A stretch of DNA of 64,000 nucleotides from Armatimonadota bacterium (GCA_039811685.1 JBDHZC010000003.1:64001-128000), one strand, 5' to 3'; positions 9,785 through 20,205 are shown, counted from the first letter of the stretch. The notes: generated by a model not told the origin, from the letters alone. A program made the numbers and translations.

Positions 9785-10155
9785 GTCTGAAGATTTCCTG
9801 CTGCACTCGGAGAGATTTCTGCGCTTGCGAAGGCCGGAGAAGTCGCCCAGATCAGCGCGGCGCGCGAGTCGCTTTGGCAGGGGATACGCGCGCCGCCTGA
9901 ACTTCACCCCGGGGGGTGATGATTCAGTAACTAATACGCCCGTGAGAGAAAAAAGATTCCATCAATCCCCTGTTTGCGCTTTCCTGCCTCCCACAAGCTC
10001 CACCGCTCCAGCTTTGACCCGCAAAGGCTTTTGAGCCTTGCGAGGTAAATGTCAACTCTCCCTGTTGCTGCACCCTTTGGTGGGGACCTCGCTGATCCTG
10101 CAGGCGGTCAAAGGACAATTCCTCCTGAGCACGTAAGAATCTGCGTAAGCAATAC

Positions 10156-10938
10156 ATGGCTGACGATGTCTGCACAACAACTGTAGCCGCCCGTGGCCTC
10201 CTGAAGCGCTTTGGTGACAAGACGGCGGTCAACGGTATCGACCTCGACGTGCGAGCTGGGGAGTTTTTTGGCTTTCTCGGGCCCAACGGAGCCGGCAAAT
10301 CTACAACTATCCGCATGCTCTGCGGACTGCTGCGTCCGGACGCAGGCACGATTCATGTGGCCGGTTACGACTTGCGAACCCGGCCGCTGGAAGTCAAAGC
10401 CCGCATTGGCGTCCTGCCGGAGGAGACCATGCTGTACGAGCGGCTCAACGCGGAGGAGTTCCTGCTCTTTGCCGGCCGGATGTACGGACTTTCTGTGCAA
10501 GAAGCGCAGCGGCGAGCATCCGATCTGTTGGAGCTTATGGAGTTGACCGAGGACAAGGACAAGCTCATCGTGGACTATTCGATGGGAATGAAAAAGAAGA
10601 CAGCTCTCGCCGCCGCGCTGATTCATAGTCCGCGGGTGCTGTTTCTGGATGAACCGTTCAACGGGATCGACCCTATCTCCGTGCGAGCAATCCGCACCGT
10701 CCTGCAACACCTCCTTGAACGCGGAACCACCATTTTCTTCTCATCTCATGTCATGGAAGTCGTGGAACGCCTGTGCACAAGGATTGCGATTATCAACCAT
10801 GGGGACATCGCCGGTGTGGGGACTGTGGAGGAGCTTCGTAACGAAGCTCACGCCGCTGGTGGCTCGACTCTTGAGGACATCTTCCTGACTCTCGTGGACG
10901 CCCGGGTTGATGACGATGCGCTGGAGTGGCTCCAGTGA
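10156..10938 (+). CDS. ABC transporter ATP-binding protein (ABC-2 exporter type)
   Basis: GPNGAGKST, YSMGMKKK, LFLDEP and SSH motifs. Confidence 0.95.
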   Translation: MADDVCTTTVAARGLLKRFGDKTAVNGIDLDVRAGEFFGFLGPNGAGKSTTIRMLCGLLRPDAGTIHVAGYDLRTRPLEVKARIGVLPEETMLYERLNAEEFLLFAGRMYGLSVQEAQRRASDLLELMELTEDKDKLIVDYSMGMKKKTALAAALIHSPRVLFLDEPFNGIDPISVRAIRTVLQHLLERGTTIFFSSHVMEVVERLCTRIAIINHGDIAGVGTVEELRNEAHAAGGSTLEDIFLTLVDARVDDDALEWLQ

Positions 10939-10951
10939 GCGGGTTCTGACG

Positions 10952-12643
10952 GTGGATACTGGAGCCGTAGGCGCCCTGGACGCGGGCAGACCCATCCATT
11001 CGCTGTGGGCAGTGGTGAGTCCGCTGCTTGCTCTCAAGTGGCGGCTGATGATTCGCGGGTATCTGCGAAATAGTACAGCACTGGTAGGCGTGCTTGTGAC
11101 CGTGCTGGTTTTGCTGCCCACATCCATCCTGTTGGGCTTCGGCGCTTTCGCGGCGCTGCGCTTCTCCCCGCCCGATTACACAGCGCATATTCTTCGTGCA
11201 GTAATGCTGTCTATCTATTTGCTGTGGGTGTTGACCCCTTTGTTTGGCTACGCCCTGAATGAATCCTACGATCTCAAACGCCTCTTTATCTATCCGCTGA
11301 CGATGCGCCAGATTTTTGTCGGTTCCGTCGCTGGAAGCCTCATGGATTTCACTGTACTGCTCCTGTTCCCTATACTGGGCGCCGTCGTTCTCAGCTTCAC
11401 CTACGGCCCGTTTTCTTTTGTGTTTACGGGAATAGTCATATTGCTGTTCTTGTTTCAGACGCTTGCGCTGGGACAGGCGCTCATGCTTCTTGGTCAGAGC
11501 CTCCTCTCCGCGCGCCGGGCACGGGATATCCTGATCGTCCTGGGGCCGCTTCTCGGCGCCGGGGTCTATCTTGCGGTTCGCTACTTCGGCGAAGCAGCCA
11601 CCCACTTCGACTGGGCAGGATTTCTAGCTGGCCCGGTTTGGGGCGCCGTGGAGTGGTTGCCGCCGGGGCTGGCTGCCCACGCCATCGTCTCTGTGTCCTG
11701 CGGGCAGATTCCTGGCGCGCTCGCAGCCCTCGCGCTGTTAGTGGTCCTGACAATAGCGACTGTGTACGCGGCCGGGGCTCTGCTCCATTCAGCGTACATG
11801 GGCAGTTCCACTCAGGCGCATGGCAGGGGCAGGAAAGCTCTTGACCAGTCCGGAGTTACGAGCTCACGCACATGGAGCGCGCGGCTCCTGCCTCCGGTCG
11901 TCAGCGCGATGTTTGACAAAGAGATCAGATATATCCTCAGAGAGCCATACTACAAGCTAACTCTGACCAGTGTTCTGTATATGGTGGCAATTTCAGGGAT
12001 GTTCTTGTTTACGGGCCGGGTCCAGATGTTTGAGCGGGAGAGCTCCTTTCTCATCTGGGGAGCGTCCGTCTACATTTTGATGGTGGAGATGGGCATTCCC
12101 TACAATGCGTTTGGCACGGACGGATTTGCGTCCGCAACACTGCTCTCCTTTCCCGCGTCGCGTCGCCAGATATTGCTGGGCAAGAATCTGGGCCACTTCG
12201 TCTTCCTGACGCTGGTCAACGCGGTAGCCATGCTTGTTCCGGTCGCAGTGCTTCACCAGTGGCGTCTCTACGGCCTGCTGATGCTCTGGTTGGTTCTCGC
12301 AGTCATTCTGATGACGGCAGTGGGAAACCCGATCTCAGTCAAATTGCCAGTTCGCGTCACCACCAGAGCCGGCCGGTTGCGCCGGACGTCTGCAGGTCAG
12401 GGTTGCGGCCTCGGTTTCATCTATTTGGCTGCCAACGCGCTGACTGCTGCTATTATGCTGCCGGTGCTGGCTGCTCTGATTGCGCCATACTTCTGGGTGC
12501 GGTCTATCTTCTTTGTGTTCACCATCCCCTTCGCTCTCGTATACACCGCCTTTTTCTATCTTCTCTCGCTGCATCTTACAGAGCCTGTGCTCTTGTCCAA
12601 TGAGGTCGAAATGATCGCAAAGCTCAGCGTCGAAGACAGCTAG
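10952..12643 (+). CDS. ABC-2 type transporter permease (duplicated membrane domain)
   Basis: Many TM segments directly after the ATPase. The ORF is open from 10907; GTG at 10952 avoids overlap. Confidence 0.8.
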   Translation: MDTGAVGALDAGRPIHSLWAVVSPLLALKWRLMIRGYLRNSTALVGVLVTVLVLLPTSILLGFGAFAALRFSPPDYTAHILRAVMLSIYLLWVLTPLFGYALNESYDLKRLFIYPLTMRQIFVGSVAGSLMDFTVLLLFPILGAVVLSFTYGPFSFVFTGIVILLFLFQTLALGQALMLLGQSLLSARRARDILIVLGPLLGAGVYLAVRYFGEAATHFDWAGFLAGPVWGAVEWLPPGLAAHAIVSVSCGQIPGALAALALLVVLTIATVYAAGALLHSAYMGSSTQAHGRGRKALDQSGVTSSRTWSARLLPPVVSAMFDKEIRYILREPYYKLTLTSVLYMVAISGMFLFTGRVQMFERESSFLIWGASVYILMVEMGIPYNAFGTDGFASATLLSFPASRRQILLGKNLGHFVFLTLVNAVAMLVPVAVLHQWRLYGLLMLWLVLAVILMTAVGNPISVKLPVRVTTRAGRLRRTSAGQGCGLGFIYLAANALTAAIMLPVLAALIAPYFWVRSIFFVFTIPFALVYTAFFYLLSLHLTEPVLLSNEVEMIAKLSVEDS

Positions 12644-12738
12644 CCTCAAAGCACATTCTGTCGCGTGAGCAGAACAGGAATTGGGGCGCCGGACGCAGAA
12701 GTCCGCTGTGGAAAACGAAAACCTCGACAGGAGTAGTT

Positions 12739-15690
12739 ATGGACTGGAAGGCGCGATGGATCTGGCTTGACGGGGAGACGAACCCCTGGAATTTCTGGCT
12801 TTGCGCCCGTAAGACCTTTGACCTGGCGGATGTTCCGGGCGACGCGCAGATTCACATAACTGCCGATACGCGCTATGTGCTGTGGGTGAACGGGGAGCGA
12901 CTCGGGCAGGGTCCGGTTCGTGCCTGGCCTCAGACGTGGAGATACGACACTTACGATCTGCGCGGGCGCCTAAAAGCGGGGCGCAACACGGTCGCGGTTC
13001 TTGTTCTCCATTATGGAATCGGCACGTTTCAGTCTTTGCCCACGCGCGGCGGGCTGCTGGCGCAGGTAGAGGTGGACGGCAACGTAGTTGCCGCGACAGA
13101 TAGTTCGTGGAAGCTCGCCGAGCACACCGGATACGCCAGAGCCACTCCTCAGATTACCTGTCAGCAACCCTGGACAGAGCACTTCAACGCTTTCTGGGAA
13201 CAGGTTAGCTGGCAGGATATTGATCTGGACGAGGAGTCCAGCCGAAAGTGGCACCTCGGCGAGACGATTGTCAAACAGCCGGTTATCTGGCAGAGCTCTG
13301 ACTTTGACGATAGCCGCTGGCAGAGCGCTGTGGATGTGGGGCCTGTGGGCTGCCAGCCGTGGACGAGCGTACTGCCGCGGGATGTCCCGTTTCTGACCGA
13401 AGAGCCTCTGTACCCCGTCAATGTGATGCGGGCGCGCGTGGTGCGTCAGGCGGATGTCTGGTCGGTCCGCCTGCGTGAGACTCTTCTGCCGGGTTACGAG
13501 GACGCCAACCAGGCAAGCCTGTGCGGATTCCTGGTAACTGTTATTGAAGTCGAGCACGAAACTCACTTCACGCTCTACACACCGCCTGGCGGCAACTACG
13601 CTCCCGGACAGTTGCGCGTAAACGGGAAGGATGTCCAACGCGAAAACGGCACGGATCTGCGCTACGATCACGGACACACCTTCCGTTTCACTCTCTCGCC
13701 GGGGAAAAACCTGCTGGTCTGGGATGTAACAGGGCGCTATCACGGGTGGGCTGCGGCTTTTGCCGTTGAGACCGATCCTCCATCAGAAGGCCAATGGAAT
13801 GAGACTTTCCCGTTCTTTGTGACATACGGCCCGTTTGAATCTTCCGAGGACGCGGACTTTCAGGGAGTCTGGAACGCTGTCCACGAGAGCGACCTGGATA
13901 GTTACGAAAAGTATCTGAAACAAGCCCTGCGCACTGACGATCACGTCCAGATGATCACCGCTCACGCTCATCCTGTCGCCGATCTACCCGTGCGCCCGTA
14001 CGCTGCTCTGTGTTCCTCAACGGAAGATTTTGCCGAAATAGAGCCAAGCCCGGACGGAGACACTGAGATTCTACTGGATTTCGGGCGTATGACTGTCGGC
14101 TACTGGGAGCTGGATCTCGATGCGCCCGAGGGAGCCGTGCTGGACATGCTCGGCTTTGAAGCCATTCAGAATGGCGCGCTGGATTTGACGTGGGGGCTGA
14201 ATAACGCCCTGCGCTATACCACGCGCGCGGGCCTCCAGACCTACCATTCGGTCTTACGCCGCGGCTGCCGCTACATTCTACTCACCATCCGCGATTTGAA
14301 AGGGCCGCTCCGCATACGCCGTATCCGTACGCTTCTGAACACCTATCCAGTTGTCGATCGTGGCAGCTTTATGTGTGACGATGCTTTGTTGAACCAGATA
14401 TGGGAGATGGGGCGCTGGACAACGCGTCTGTGTTCTGAAGACACCTATGTAGATTGCCCGACCTACGAACAGACTTTCTGGGTTGGTGATGCGCGCAACG
14501 AAGGGGCAGTCAACCACTATGCTTTTGGCGAATACGCGCTCTCTCGCCGTTGCCTGATTCTGGCAGCCGAGTCTATGGAGCGCTCCCCGCTGGTTGAATC
14601 TCAGGTCCCCTCTTCGTGGGAAGACATTTTGCCCACCTGGAGTCTGTTGTGGGTGCTGGCGTGTCAGGAATACTATCAGCTCACAGCGGATCGAGCTTTT
14701 CTGGAGTCAGTCTATCCGTATGTGAGCCGGCAGAATGCGCACTGTCTGACACAAAAGGGTGAGGACGGTCTTGTCCGGCTGGTGGGTTGGAATCTGCTCG
14801 ACTGGGCGCCGCTGGATACTCCCTCAGACGGTGCGTGCACCCACACCATAGCGTGGCTGACAATGTGCCTGGAGAGTCAGGCTGAGATGGCGAAGGTGTT
14901 GGGGCGGGAAGAGGAAGTGGAGCCGCTTCTGGAGCAGCGCCGGGCGCTCGTTGACGCAATGAATGAGCGCCTTTGGGATGAGGACCGGCAGGCGTACATT
15001 GACAGTATTCACGCTGATGGCTCTCGCAGCGCAACTGTCAGCCAGCAGACAAATACCATTGTTGTGCTGACCGGGTGTGCTCCGCCGGAGCGCGACGCCG
15101 CTATTCGCCGCCTGCTGACGGAAAAACCGGAAGATGTCGTCGGAGTTGGCAGTCCCTTCTTCATGTTCTTTACATTCGAAGCTCTCGCTAAGTTGGGACG
15201 CTTCGAAGATATCTTGGGCCTAACGCGACAGTGGTGGGGTTTTATGCTCAGCACGGGCGCTACGACGTGCTGGGAAACTTTTCCGGGGTTTGAGCCGGCC
15301 GGCCGATGGACCCGCAGTCACTGCCACGCATGGAGCGCGGCGCCGACTTTCTTCCAGAGCCGCTACCAGCTTGGAGTGGCCGCGCTTGAGGACGGATTTG
15401 CACGGGCGCTTATCGCTCCTGAGCCTGCCGGGCTGAAGTGGGCGCGCGGTTCAGTGCCAACCCCGCACGGCGAGATTTCGGTAGATTGGCATATCAGCGA
15501 TTCCAGTGTGCAGATGCAGGTCGGTCTGCCTCACGGTGTGGAAGCAGAAATCGTCTTGCCAGTGGACGCCGGCAGAACGACGGCGCTGAAAGTTTCAGGC
15601 GCAGAAGATGTCGGCCGCAGCAACGGCAGGCCGCGGTTTACAGCGGCTCCGGGAGCAAGAGTGGACATCGAAGCCGCATTGCAGGCGTAA
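12739..15690 (+). CDS. Alpha-L-rhamnosidase-like glycoside hydrolase family 78
   Basis: WKARWIW, ITADTRY.LWVNG, LLDFG, VDCPTYEQ.FWVGD, GATTCWE and SHCHAWSA motifs; AGGAG RBS. Confidence 0.9.
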   Translation: MDWKARWIWLDGETNPWNFWLCARKTFDLADVPGDAQIHITADTRYVLWVNGERLGQGPVRAWPQTWRYDTYDLRGRLKAGRNTVAVLVLHYGIGTFQSLPTRGGLLAQVEVDGNVVAATDSSWKLAEHTGYARATPQITCQQPWTEHFNAFWEQVSWQDIDLDEESSRKWHLGETIVKQPVIWQSSDFDDSRWQSAVDVGPVGCQPWTSVLPRDVPFLTEEPLYPVNVMRARVVRQADVWSVRLRETLLPGYEDANQASLCGFLVTVIEVEHETHFTLYTPPGGNYAPGQLRVNGKDVQRENGTDLRYDHGHTFRFTLSPGKNLLVWDVTGRYHGWAAAFAVETDPPSEGQWNETFPFFVTYGPFESSEDADFQGVWNAVHESDLDSYEKYLKQALRTDDHVQMITAHAHPVADLPVRPYAALCSSTEDFAEIEPSPDGDTEILLDFGRMTVGYWELDLDAPEGAVLDMLGFEAIQNGALDLTWGLNNALRYTTRAGLQTYHSVLRRGCRYILLTIRDLKGPLRIRRIRTLLNTYPVVDRGSFMCDDALLNQIWEMGRWTTRLCSEDTYVDCPTYEQTFWVGDARNEGAVNHYAFGEYALSRRCLILAAESMERSPLVESQVPSSWEDILPTWSLLWVLACQEYYQLTADRAFLESVYPYVSRQNAHCLTQKGEDGLVRLVGWNLLDWAPLDTPSDGACTHTIAWLTMCLESQAEMAKVLGREEEVEPLLEQRRALVDAMNERLWDEDRQAYIDSIHADGSRSATVSQQTNTIVVLTGCAPPERDAAIRRLLTEKPEDVVGVGSPFFMFFTFEALAKLGRFEDILGLTRQWWGFMLSTGATTCWETFPGFEPAGRWTRSHCHAWSAAPTFFQSRYQLGVAALEDGFARALIAPEPAGLKWARGSVPTPHGEISVDWHISDSSVQMQVGLPHGVEAEIVLPVDAGRTTALKVSGAEDVGRSNGRPRFTAAPGARVDIEAALQA

Positions 15691-15723
15691 CGGCCTTCTG
15701 GCGGGAAAGGACAGCGGAACCAG

Positions 15724-16344
15724 ATGTCGAAACGAGTAGGCTGGTCGCGCAGTCAGGACGAGGGAAAGGCGCGGACGGCCTTCTGGGACTGGTTTCAGGA
15801 GAACTGCTCTCTGCTCGGCTCTGTACGCACGGGGCAGGAGCCAGTCTATGCGCAGTTGATCACCCAGATTAGACGCGTTCACGAGGGGCTGCTGTGCGAG
15901 TTCAGCGTGCACTCAGACCAGGAGGCCCAGATGGTAATCAGCGCGGGCGGAGACCCGGATGTTTTCCCCGCTGTTGAGCGCCTTGTTGCCGTCGCGCCTG
16001 ATATCCCGGGATGGAAGATCACCGCCTTTCGTCAGCGCCGCAGTATGGACGATGTCAATCTGCGTATTGAGGATACTGCTGTGAAGCAGACGGACCTCTG
16101 GTATTCCTCAGAGCCTCACGCAAATCTGCTCGGCCTGAACATTTATGTGCGCGGGCTGAAGGACAGCAACGTGGACGTTCTGGCAAACGCGGTATTTCTG
16201 TTCCTGGACTATACGCTGGGTGAGTACGACGCCACCACCAGAGTCAAGGTCCTGGAGTTGCAGAGCCTGCCTCCGAGTCCGGGAGAAATGGGCCTCCGCC
16301 CGCTGAGCGATCTGCCTGGAGAAGTAGACAGCTACTTTCGCTAG
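15724..16344 (+). CDS. Conserved hypothetical protein
   Basis: FWDWF, VISAGG...FP.V..LV..AP....W...AFRQ and FLDYTLGE resemble a widespread uncharacterised family. It fills the gap between genes. Confidence 0.7.
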   Translation: MSKRVGWSRSQDEGKARTAFWDWFQENCSLLGSVRTGQEPVYAQLITQIRRVHEGLLCEFSVHSDQEAQMVISAGGDPDVFPAVERLVAVAPDIPGWKITAFRQRRSMDDVNLRIEDTAVKQTDLWYSSEPHANLLGLNIYVRGLKDSNVDVLANAVFLFLDYTLGEYDATTRVKVLELQSLPPSPGEMGLRPLSDLPGEVDSYFR

Positions 16345-16367
16345 ACCGGCGCAGTCAAGCTGGCGTC

Positions 16368-17165
16368 TCAGTCCATAGGATACACAATTCTACGTCGTCT
16401 CTCGTAGCGGACCAGCTCTCTATAGCCAGCTTCTCGAGCGAGCTCTCGCGCTCGATCAAAGTCGCGACTCAGGTGAGCGCTCTCGTGCGCATCGGCATTG
16501 ATGAGCAGTGGAATGTTGCGATCACGGGCAGCCTTCAAGAGCGAGAGCGACGGGTAGGCCTCTCCGACGGGTTTGTGCCAGCCGGCCGTGTTGATCTCAA
16601 TGGCCATGTCAGCTTTCGAAATGGCATCAAGCGCCGCGATCGCCTGCTGCGAAAAATCTACACTCGGCCGGAAGCCAAATTTCTTTGGCAGGTCCAGATG
16701 AGCGGCGAAGTCAAACACGCGTGAGCTTGCCATCTCAGCGATCTGTTTCCAGTACCCTTCCCAGACGTCGTTGATCTGGTCCTGTGTCAAAGCTTCCCAG
16801 TCTCTCGCGTCCGCGTCAATGGCAAACTCACCAAGAAAGTGCACAGAGCCTATCACATAGTCAAACGGGTGCAGCGCCAGCCGTTCTTCGAGCGATGAAA
16901 TGGTCTCCGGGATAAAGTCCGCTTCTATGCCGGTTCTAATGATAAGATGACTCTGCCGCGAACCCGCCTGCTTTAGCGCGCTCACGTACTCATCGAGAAA
17001 ACCGAGAGGCATAGACCACTCTGGCTCGTGCCCGTCTGGCCGCACCACGTAGTGGTCAGAAAGGCCGAACTCATCCAACCCCTGCTCAATCGCCGCCTGA
17101 ATCTGCTCTTCGAGCGTTGGGAGGCCGTCACTCCAGAGCGTGTGATTGTGATAGGAGGTAACCAT
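16368..17165 (-). CDS. Histidinol-phosphatase, HisJ/PHP family
   Basis: YHNHT..SDG, GLSDH, GIEADF, DYVIGSVH, HLDLPKKF, EINTAG and NADAH. Confidence 0.9.
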   Translation of the reverse strand: MVTSYHNHTLWSDGLPTLEEQIQAAIEQGLDEFGLSDHYVVRPDGHEPEWSMPLGFLDEYVSALKQAGSRQSHLIIRTGIEADFIPETISSLEERLALHPFDYVIGSVHFLGEFAIDADARDWEALTQDQINDVWEGYWKQIAEMASSRVFDFAAHLDLPKKFGFRPSVDFSQQAIAALDAISKADMAIEINTAGWHKPVGEAYPSLSLLKAARDRNIPLLINADAHESAHLSRDFDRARELAREAGYRELVRYERRRRIVYPMD

Positions 17166-17214
17166 ATGAGCGGAGTGTAGCGGAGCGGTAGAAGTACGGC
17201 AACTGCGCTGTCCT

Positions 17215-17937
17215 GTGCTCACCTCCCTCTCACTTGCCCAAAGCACACACTCACTCACGTCAGGCAAAGGAACCCGCAGCGAGTCTTTAGGCGTTATCTC
17301 TCTCAGAGTGTCCCTGAATTCCACCAGAGCCCTTGTCAATACAGCGATTGCCGCAGGCATTGTGCTTGTGCTTGCCGCAAGCGCCAGTTTCTATCTGAGC
17401 CTGCGCAGCTCCCTCGCGCGCCCGAAGCTCAACATTGACGCCTCACGCACCGAAGTGATTCGCCAGATTCGCGGCATCAGCCGTCTGGAAACAGCCTCAT
17501 TCACCGTGGAGAAGATCATCGAGGCCGGGACAGATGGCAATGTGTTTCAGGAGATTCTCTACGGGGACCGGATTCTCCTGATAGCGCATGGAGAGGTTGT
17601 CGCAGGTTTCGATCTCTCAGGTCTTTCCGGCCGGGATGTCCGGATAACGCAGGGCTCGCTGACACTGAACCTCCCGCCCCCGCGTATCCTGTTTGTGCGT
17701 CTGGACAACTCCCGCACGCGTGTGTATGACCGCAAACGCGGATTGCTTTCACGCGGAGATAAAGACCTGGAATCAAAGGCGCGGGTGGTCGCGGAAAACT
17801 CCATTCGCTCGGCTGCCTGCGAGGGCGGAATCCTGTCGCAAGCCTCAAAACAGGCAGCTCGCCAACTTGCAGCGCTGTTCAGATCAGCGGGCTTTGAGTC
17901 TGTGCGGGTGAATATTCCAGATACCGTCTGTGACTGA
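17215..17937 (+). CDS. DUF4230 family protein
   Basis: Single TM followed by LET..F..EKII, LLIAHGEV.AG.DL and L.LP.P.I. The true start is probably downstream. Confidence 0.8.
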   Translation: MLTSLSLAQSTHSLTSGKGTRSESLGVISLRVSLNSTRALVNTAIAAGIVLVLAASASFYLSLRSSLARPKLNIDASRTEVIRQIRGISRLETASFTVEKIIEAGTDGNVFQEILYGDRILLIAHGEVVAGFDLSGLSGRDVRITQGSLTLNLPPPRILFVRLDNSRTRVYDRKRGLLSRGDKDLESKARVVAENSIRSAACEGGILSQASKQAARQLAALFRSAGFESVRVNIPDTVCD

Positions 17938-17942
17938 AGGCG

Positions 17943-18944
17943 CTAAGCGACGGCTTTTTGTGTGTACTCCTCCAGCAGCCGCAGAAACAGCCGGTAGTCT
18001 TCAAGGGAAACTCCCGGCGGCGTTTGATGATCTACAGACGGGATGAAATAGCCACTCTTCATCACCGGCATCAACCGTTCGAACTCCTGCCGCATGCGCT
18101 CCTCGCCAAGATGCATTACCGTTTTGTCAAATCCACCCATCAGCTTCCATTCGGGGTGGTTGCGGCGGATTCTGTTTACGTCAACGCCCGCCATTCTCTC
18201 CAGCGGCAGAATGCCTTCCAGTCCGACGGACTCAAACCACGGAATGAGAGGTTCGATGTCTCCGTCCGAGTCGATGATCGGAACAATGCCGTGATCTTTC
18301 AGGCGCGGAACGACCTGTTGATAGTAGGGTGAAAGAAACTCATCGAAGAGCTTGCGGGAGACCATCGGACCGTGGTTGTAAGACATGTCCTCAGCAAAGG
18401 TCATGAAATCGGGCGTGCAGACCTCGCAAAACGTGTCAATGCAGCGCAGCATGTGGCGAGTCTGATCCTCATTAATGCGATGCATCAGATCACTTTCATC
18501 GTAGAAGGCGTACATGTGTGGCTCGATCCCGAAGAGTTCTCGTGGCCACCAGAAAAATCCCGAAAGTGTCACCCAGACCACAACGCTGCCCTCTTCCTGC
18601 TCAACCCTCCAGCGCGCGATCACGTCCCGGTCAAACAGCCCCTGATCGGGATAGAGAAATGGTCTGAGACGTTCGTAGTCCTGGGCATTGCTGATCCAGC
18701 CCTGGCCGTGCTCCGTGGGCCTGTTCGGAGCGCCGGGGAGGATCTGTGGAAACCAGTGCTGATAATCCACATCCAGATTGAAATAGCGCTTGATCGCATG
18801 GCCGTCCAGGTCCTGCGGAAGCCCTTCAGTGTGCCAGCGCTGGATTGTCTTGTCCCACCACACAGCCCATTCCATGCGCGGTAGATGATCCTCTGGCGCC
18901 TCTCCCCGCATAGCCTTTTGAAACCTTGATCGAACTGTTTCCAC
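17943..18944 (-). CDS. Uroporphyrinogen decarboxylase (URO-D)-family protein
   Basis: EDMSYNHGPMVS, DSDGDI..LIP, GGFDK and FIPSVDHQTPP. This is the MtaA/CmuA-like branch and not necessarily HemE. Confidence 0.85.
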   Translation of the reverse strand: METVRSRFQKAMRGEAPEDHLPRMEWAVWWDKTIQRWHTEGLPQDLDGHAIKRYFNLDVDYQHWFPQILPGAPNRPTEHGQGWISNAQDYERLRPFLYPDQGLFDRDVIARWRVEQEEGSVVVWVTLSGFFWWPRELFGIEPHMYAFYDESDLMHRINEDQTRHMLRCIDTFCEVCTPDFMTFAEDMSYNHGPMVSRKLFDEFLSPYYQQVVPRLKDHGIVPIIDSDGDIEPLIPWFESVGLEGILPLERMAGVDVNRIRRNHPEWKLMGGFDKTVMHLGEERMRQEFERLMPVMKSGYFIPSVDHQTPPGVSLEDYRLFLRLLEEYTQKAVA

Positions 18945-19134
18945 TTATCCCTCCGGCACATTCGCATCTGCGGCTGTGCAAGCGCTTTCCCTAATCAGGA
19001 AAGCCATTCCTGCAGATAATAAGAACTGCGCACCGCCAAAACCAGGTTCTTCGCTGGACAAGAGGCTTCTCGCGTTGTCTCGTCTCTCTGCACGGGCTAC
19101 GAATGAGAGGCTAATTTACAGCATCGTTTCTGAT

Positions 19135-19150
19135 TGGCACGGATTTTGCA
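19135..19150 (+). promoter_or_regulatory. sigma54 (-24/-12) promoter
   Basis: TGGCACG-GATT-TTGCA matches TGGCACG-N4-TTGCW exactly, about 150 nt upstream of a PEP-CTERM gene. Confidence 0.75.
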
Positions 19151-19297
19151 CTTGATATTTCTGATATGTGAGCAGGCTCGGCTGTTGTTGGGACAGTTCG
19201 GGCTGAGCGTTTTTTGATTTCGTCCGCATCGCCACGAAAGGATGACTTTGTTGTTCGCGGTGGCGGGCAGATGTTGCGATACAAAGGAGGCAGGAGT

Positions 19298-20068
19298 ATG
19301 ATACGACGCGGATTGATAGCCGCAGCCGCCGCGCTGGCGCTTGTCGCCGGTATGGGACAAATCGCTTCCGCTCAGGGTGGCGTAAACTTTCTGGTAGTAA
19401 TCAACAATCTGGGACCGCAGCCGCTTTCGCCGATTTTCCTGGCGACAGGCAACTCCGGCTACGACATTTTTACGCTGGGGCAGCCCGCCTCGCCTGCGCT
19501 TCAGGCGATCGCGGAAAGTGGTGATGTGGCGCCGCTACAGGCTGATGCCGCGGCTGCACAGACTGCTGGCAATGTGGCGGATCATCAGGTGGTGCATCCT
19601 GGCTCTCCTCTGCCGGCCGGCCAGTCCGCCTTCACGTTCATCGTCGCTGACCCTGCGCACCCGTGGTTGTCGCTTGTCTCGATGCTGGGTTTGAGCAATG
19701 ACGCCTTTGTGGGCTTCAGCTACGGCGCGACGGACAGAGGCGTGAACCTTTTCCCCAACGGAACGCCTTTGAACGCTCACTTCACCCTGTCATTCCTGGA
19801 CGCATGGGACGCTGGGACCGAGGTGAACGATGAGCTGAGCGCCAATCTGGTCGCTTACGGTGGCAACGGGCACGTGGCGGAGAATGGTGTTGTTACGGGG
19901 CCGCACCCTGGGCTGACCGGAAACGGCGCCATACCGCTGAGCGCGAACTGGTACGGACGCGACATCGCCCGCGTCACCATTATCCCGACCGTAATTCCAG
20001 AGCCGGCGACAATGACCGTGCTGGGTATGGGTCTGGCGAGCCTGCTGATTCGCAAGCGTTCTCGCTAA
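19298..20068 (+). CDS. Spondin_N-domain protein with PEP-CTERM sorting signal
   Basis: Signal peptide; LSP...ASPALQAIAESGD, SML..SNDAFVG and WDAGTE.NDE; C-terminal IPEPATMTVLGMGLASLLIRKRSR; AGGAG RBS. Confidence 0.88.
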   Translation: MIRRGLIAAAAALALVAGMGQIASAQGGVNFLVVINNLGPQPLSPIFLATGNSGYDIFTLGQPASPALQAIAESGDVAPLQADAAAAQTAGNVADHQVVHPGSPLPAGQSAFTFIVADPAHPWLSLVSMLGLSNDAFVGFSYGATDRGVNLFPNGTPLNAHFTLSFLDAWDAGTEVNDELSANLVAYGGNGHVAENGVVTGPHPGLTGNGAIPLSANWYGRDIARVTIIPTVIPEPATMTVLGMGLASLLIRKRSR

Positions 20069-20094
20069 CGCATTTACTCTGGATTAGCATAGTG

Positions 20095-20130
20095 AAAGCC
20101 CTCGATCTGTTCGGATCGAGGGCTTTTTTT
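20095..20130 (+). terminator. Intrinsic terminator
   Basis: AAAGCCCTCGATC-tgttcg-GATCGAGGGCTTT followed by a T run, between convergent genes. Confidence 0.85.
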
Positions 20131-20205
20131 CTGTGTTGTATCTCTTCCAGATGCCCTTTGCTTGTTCGGAGCCAAGTATTGAACGATTCTGCAGCGCTTC
20201 CTGCT

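Noticed and set aside
9875..9890. sigma54 promoter TGGCAGG-GGAT-ACGCG
   Set aside because: GG/GC spacing is right, but the -12 box lacks TT; too weak to call.
9924..10349. ORFs spanning the 9785-10155 gap
   Set aside because: They are short, overlap the ABC ATPase antisense or have low-complexity composition, and show no RBS or motif support.
17943..18944. hemE assignment
   Set aside because: It lacks the HemE N-terminal RQAGR motif and belongs to the broader URO-D-like family.
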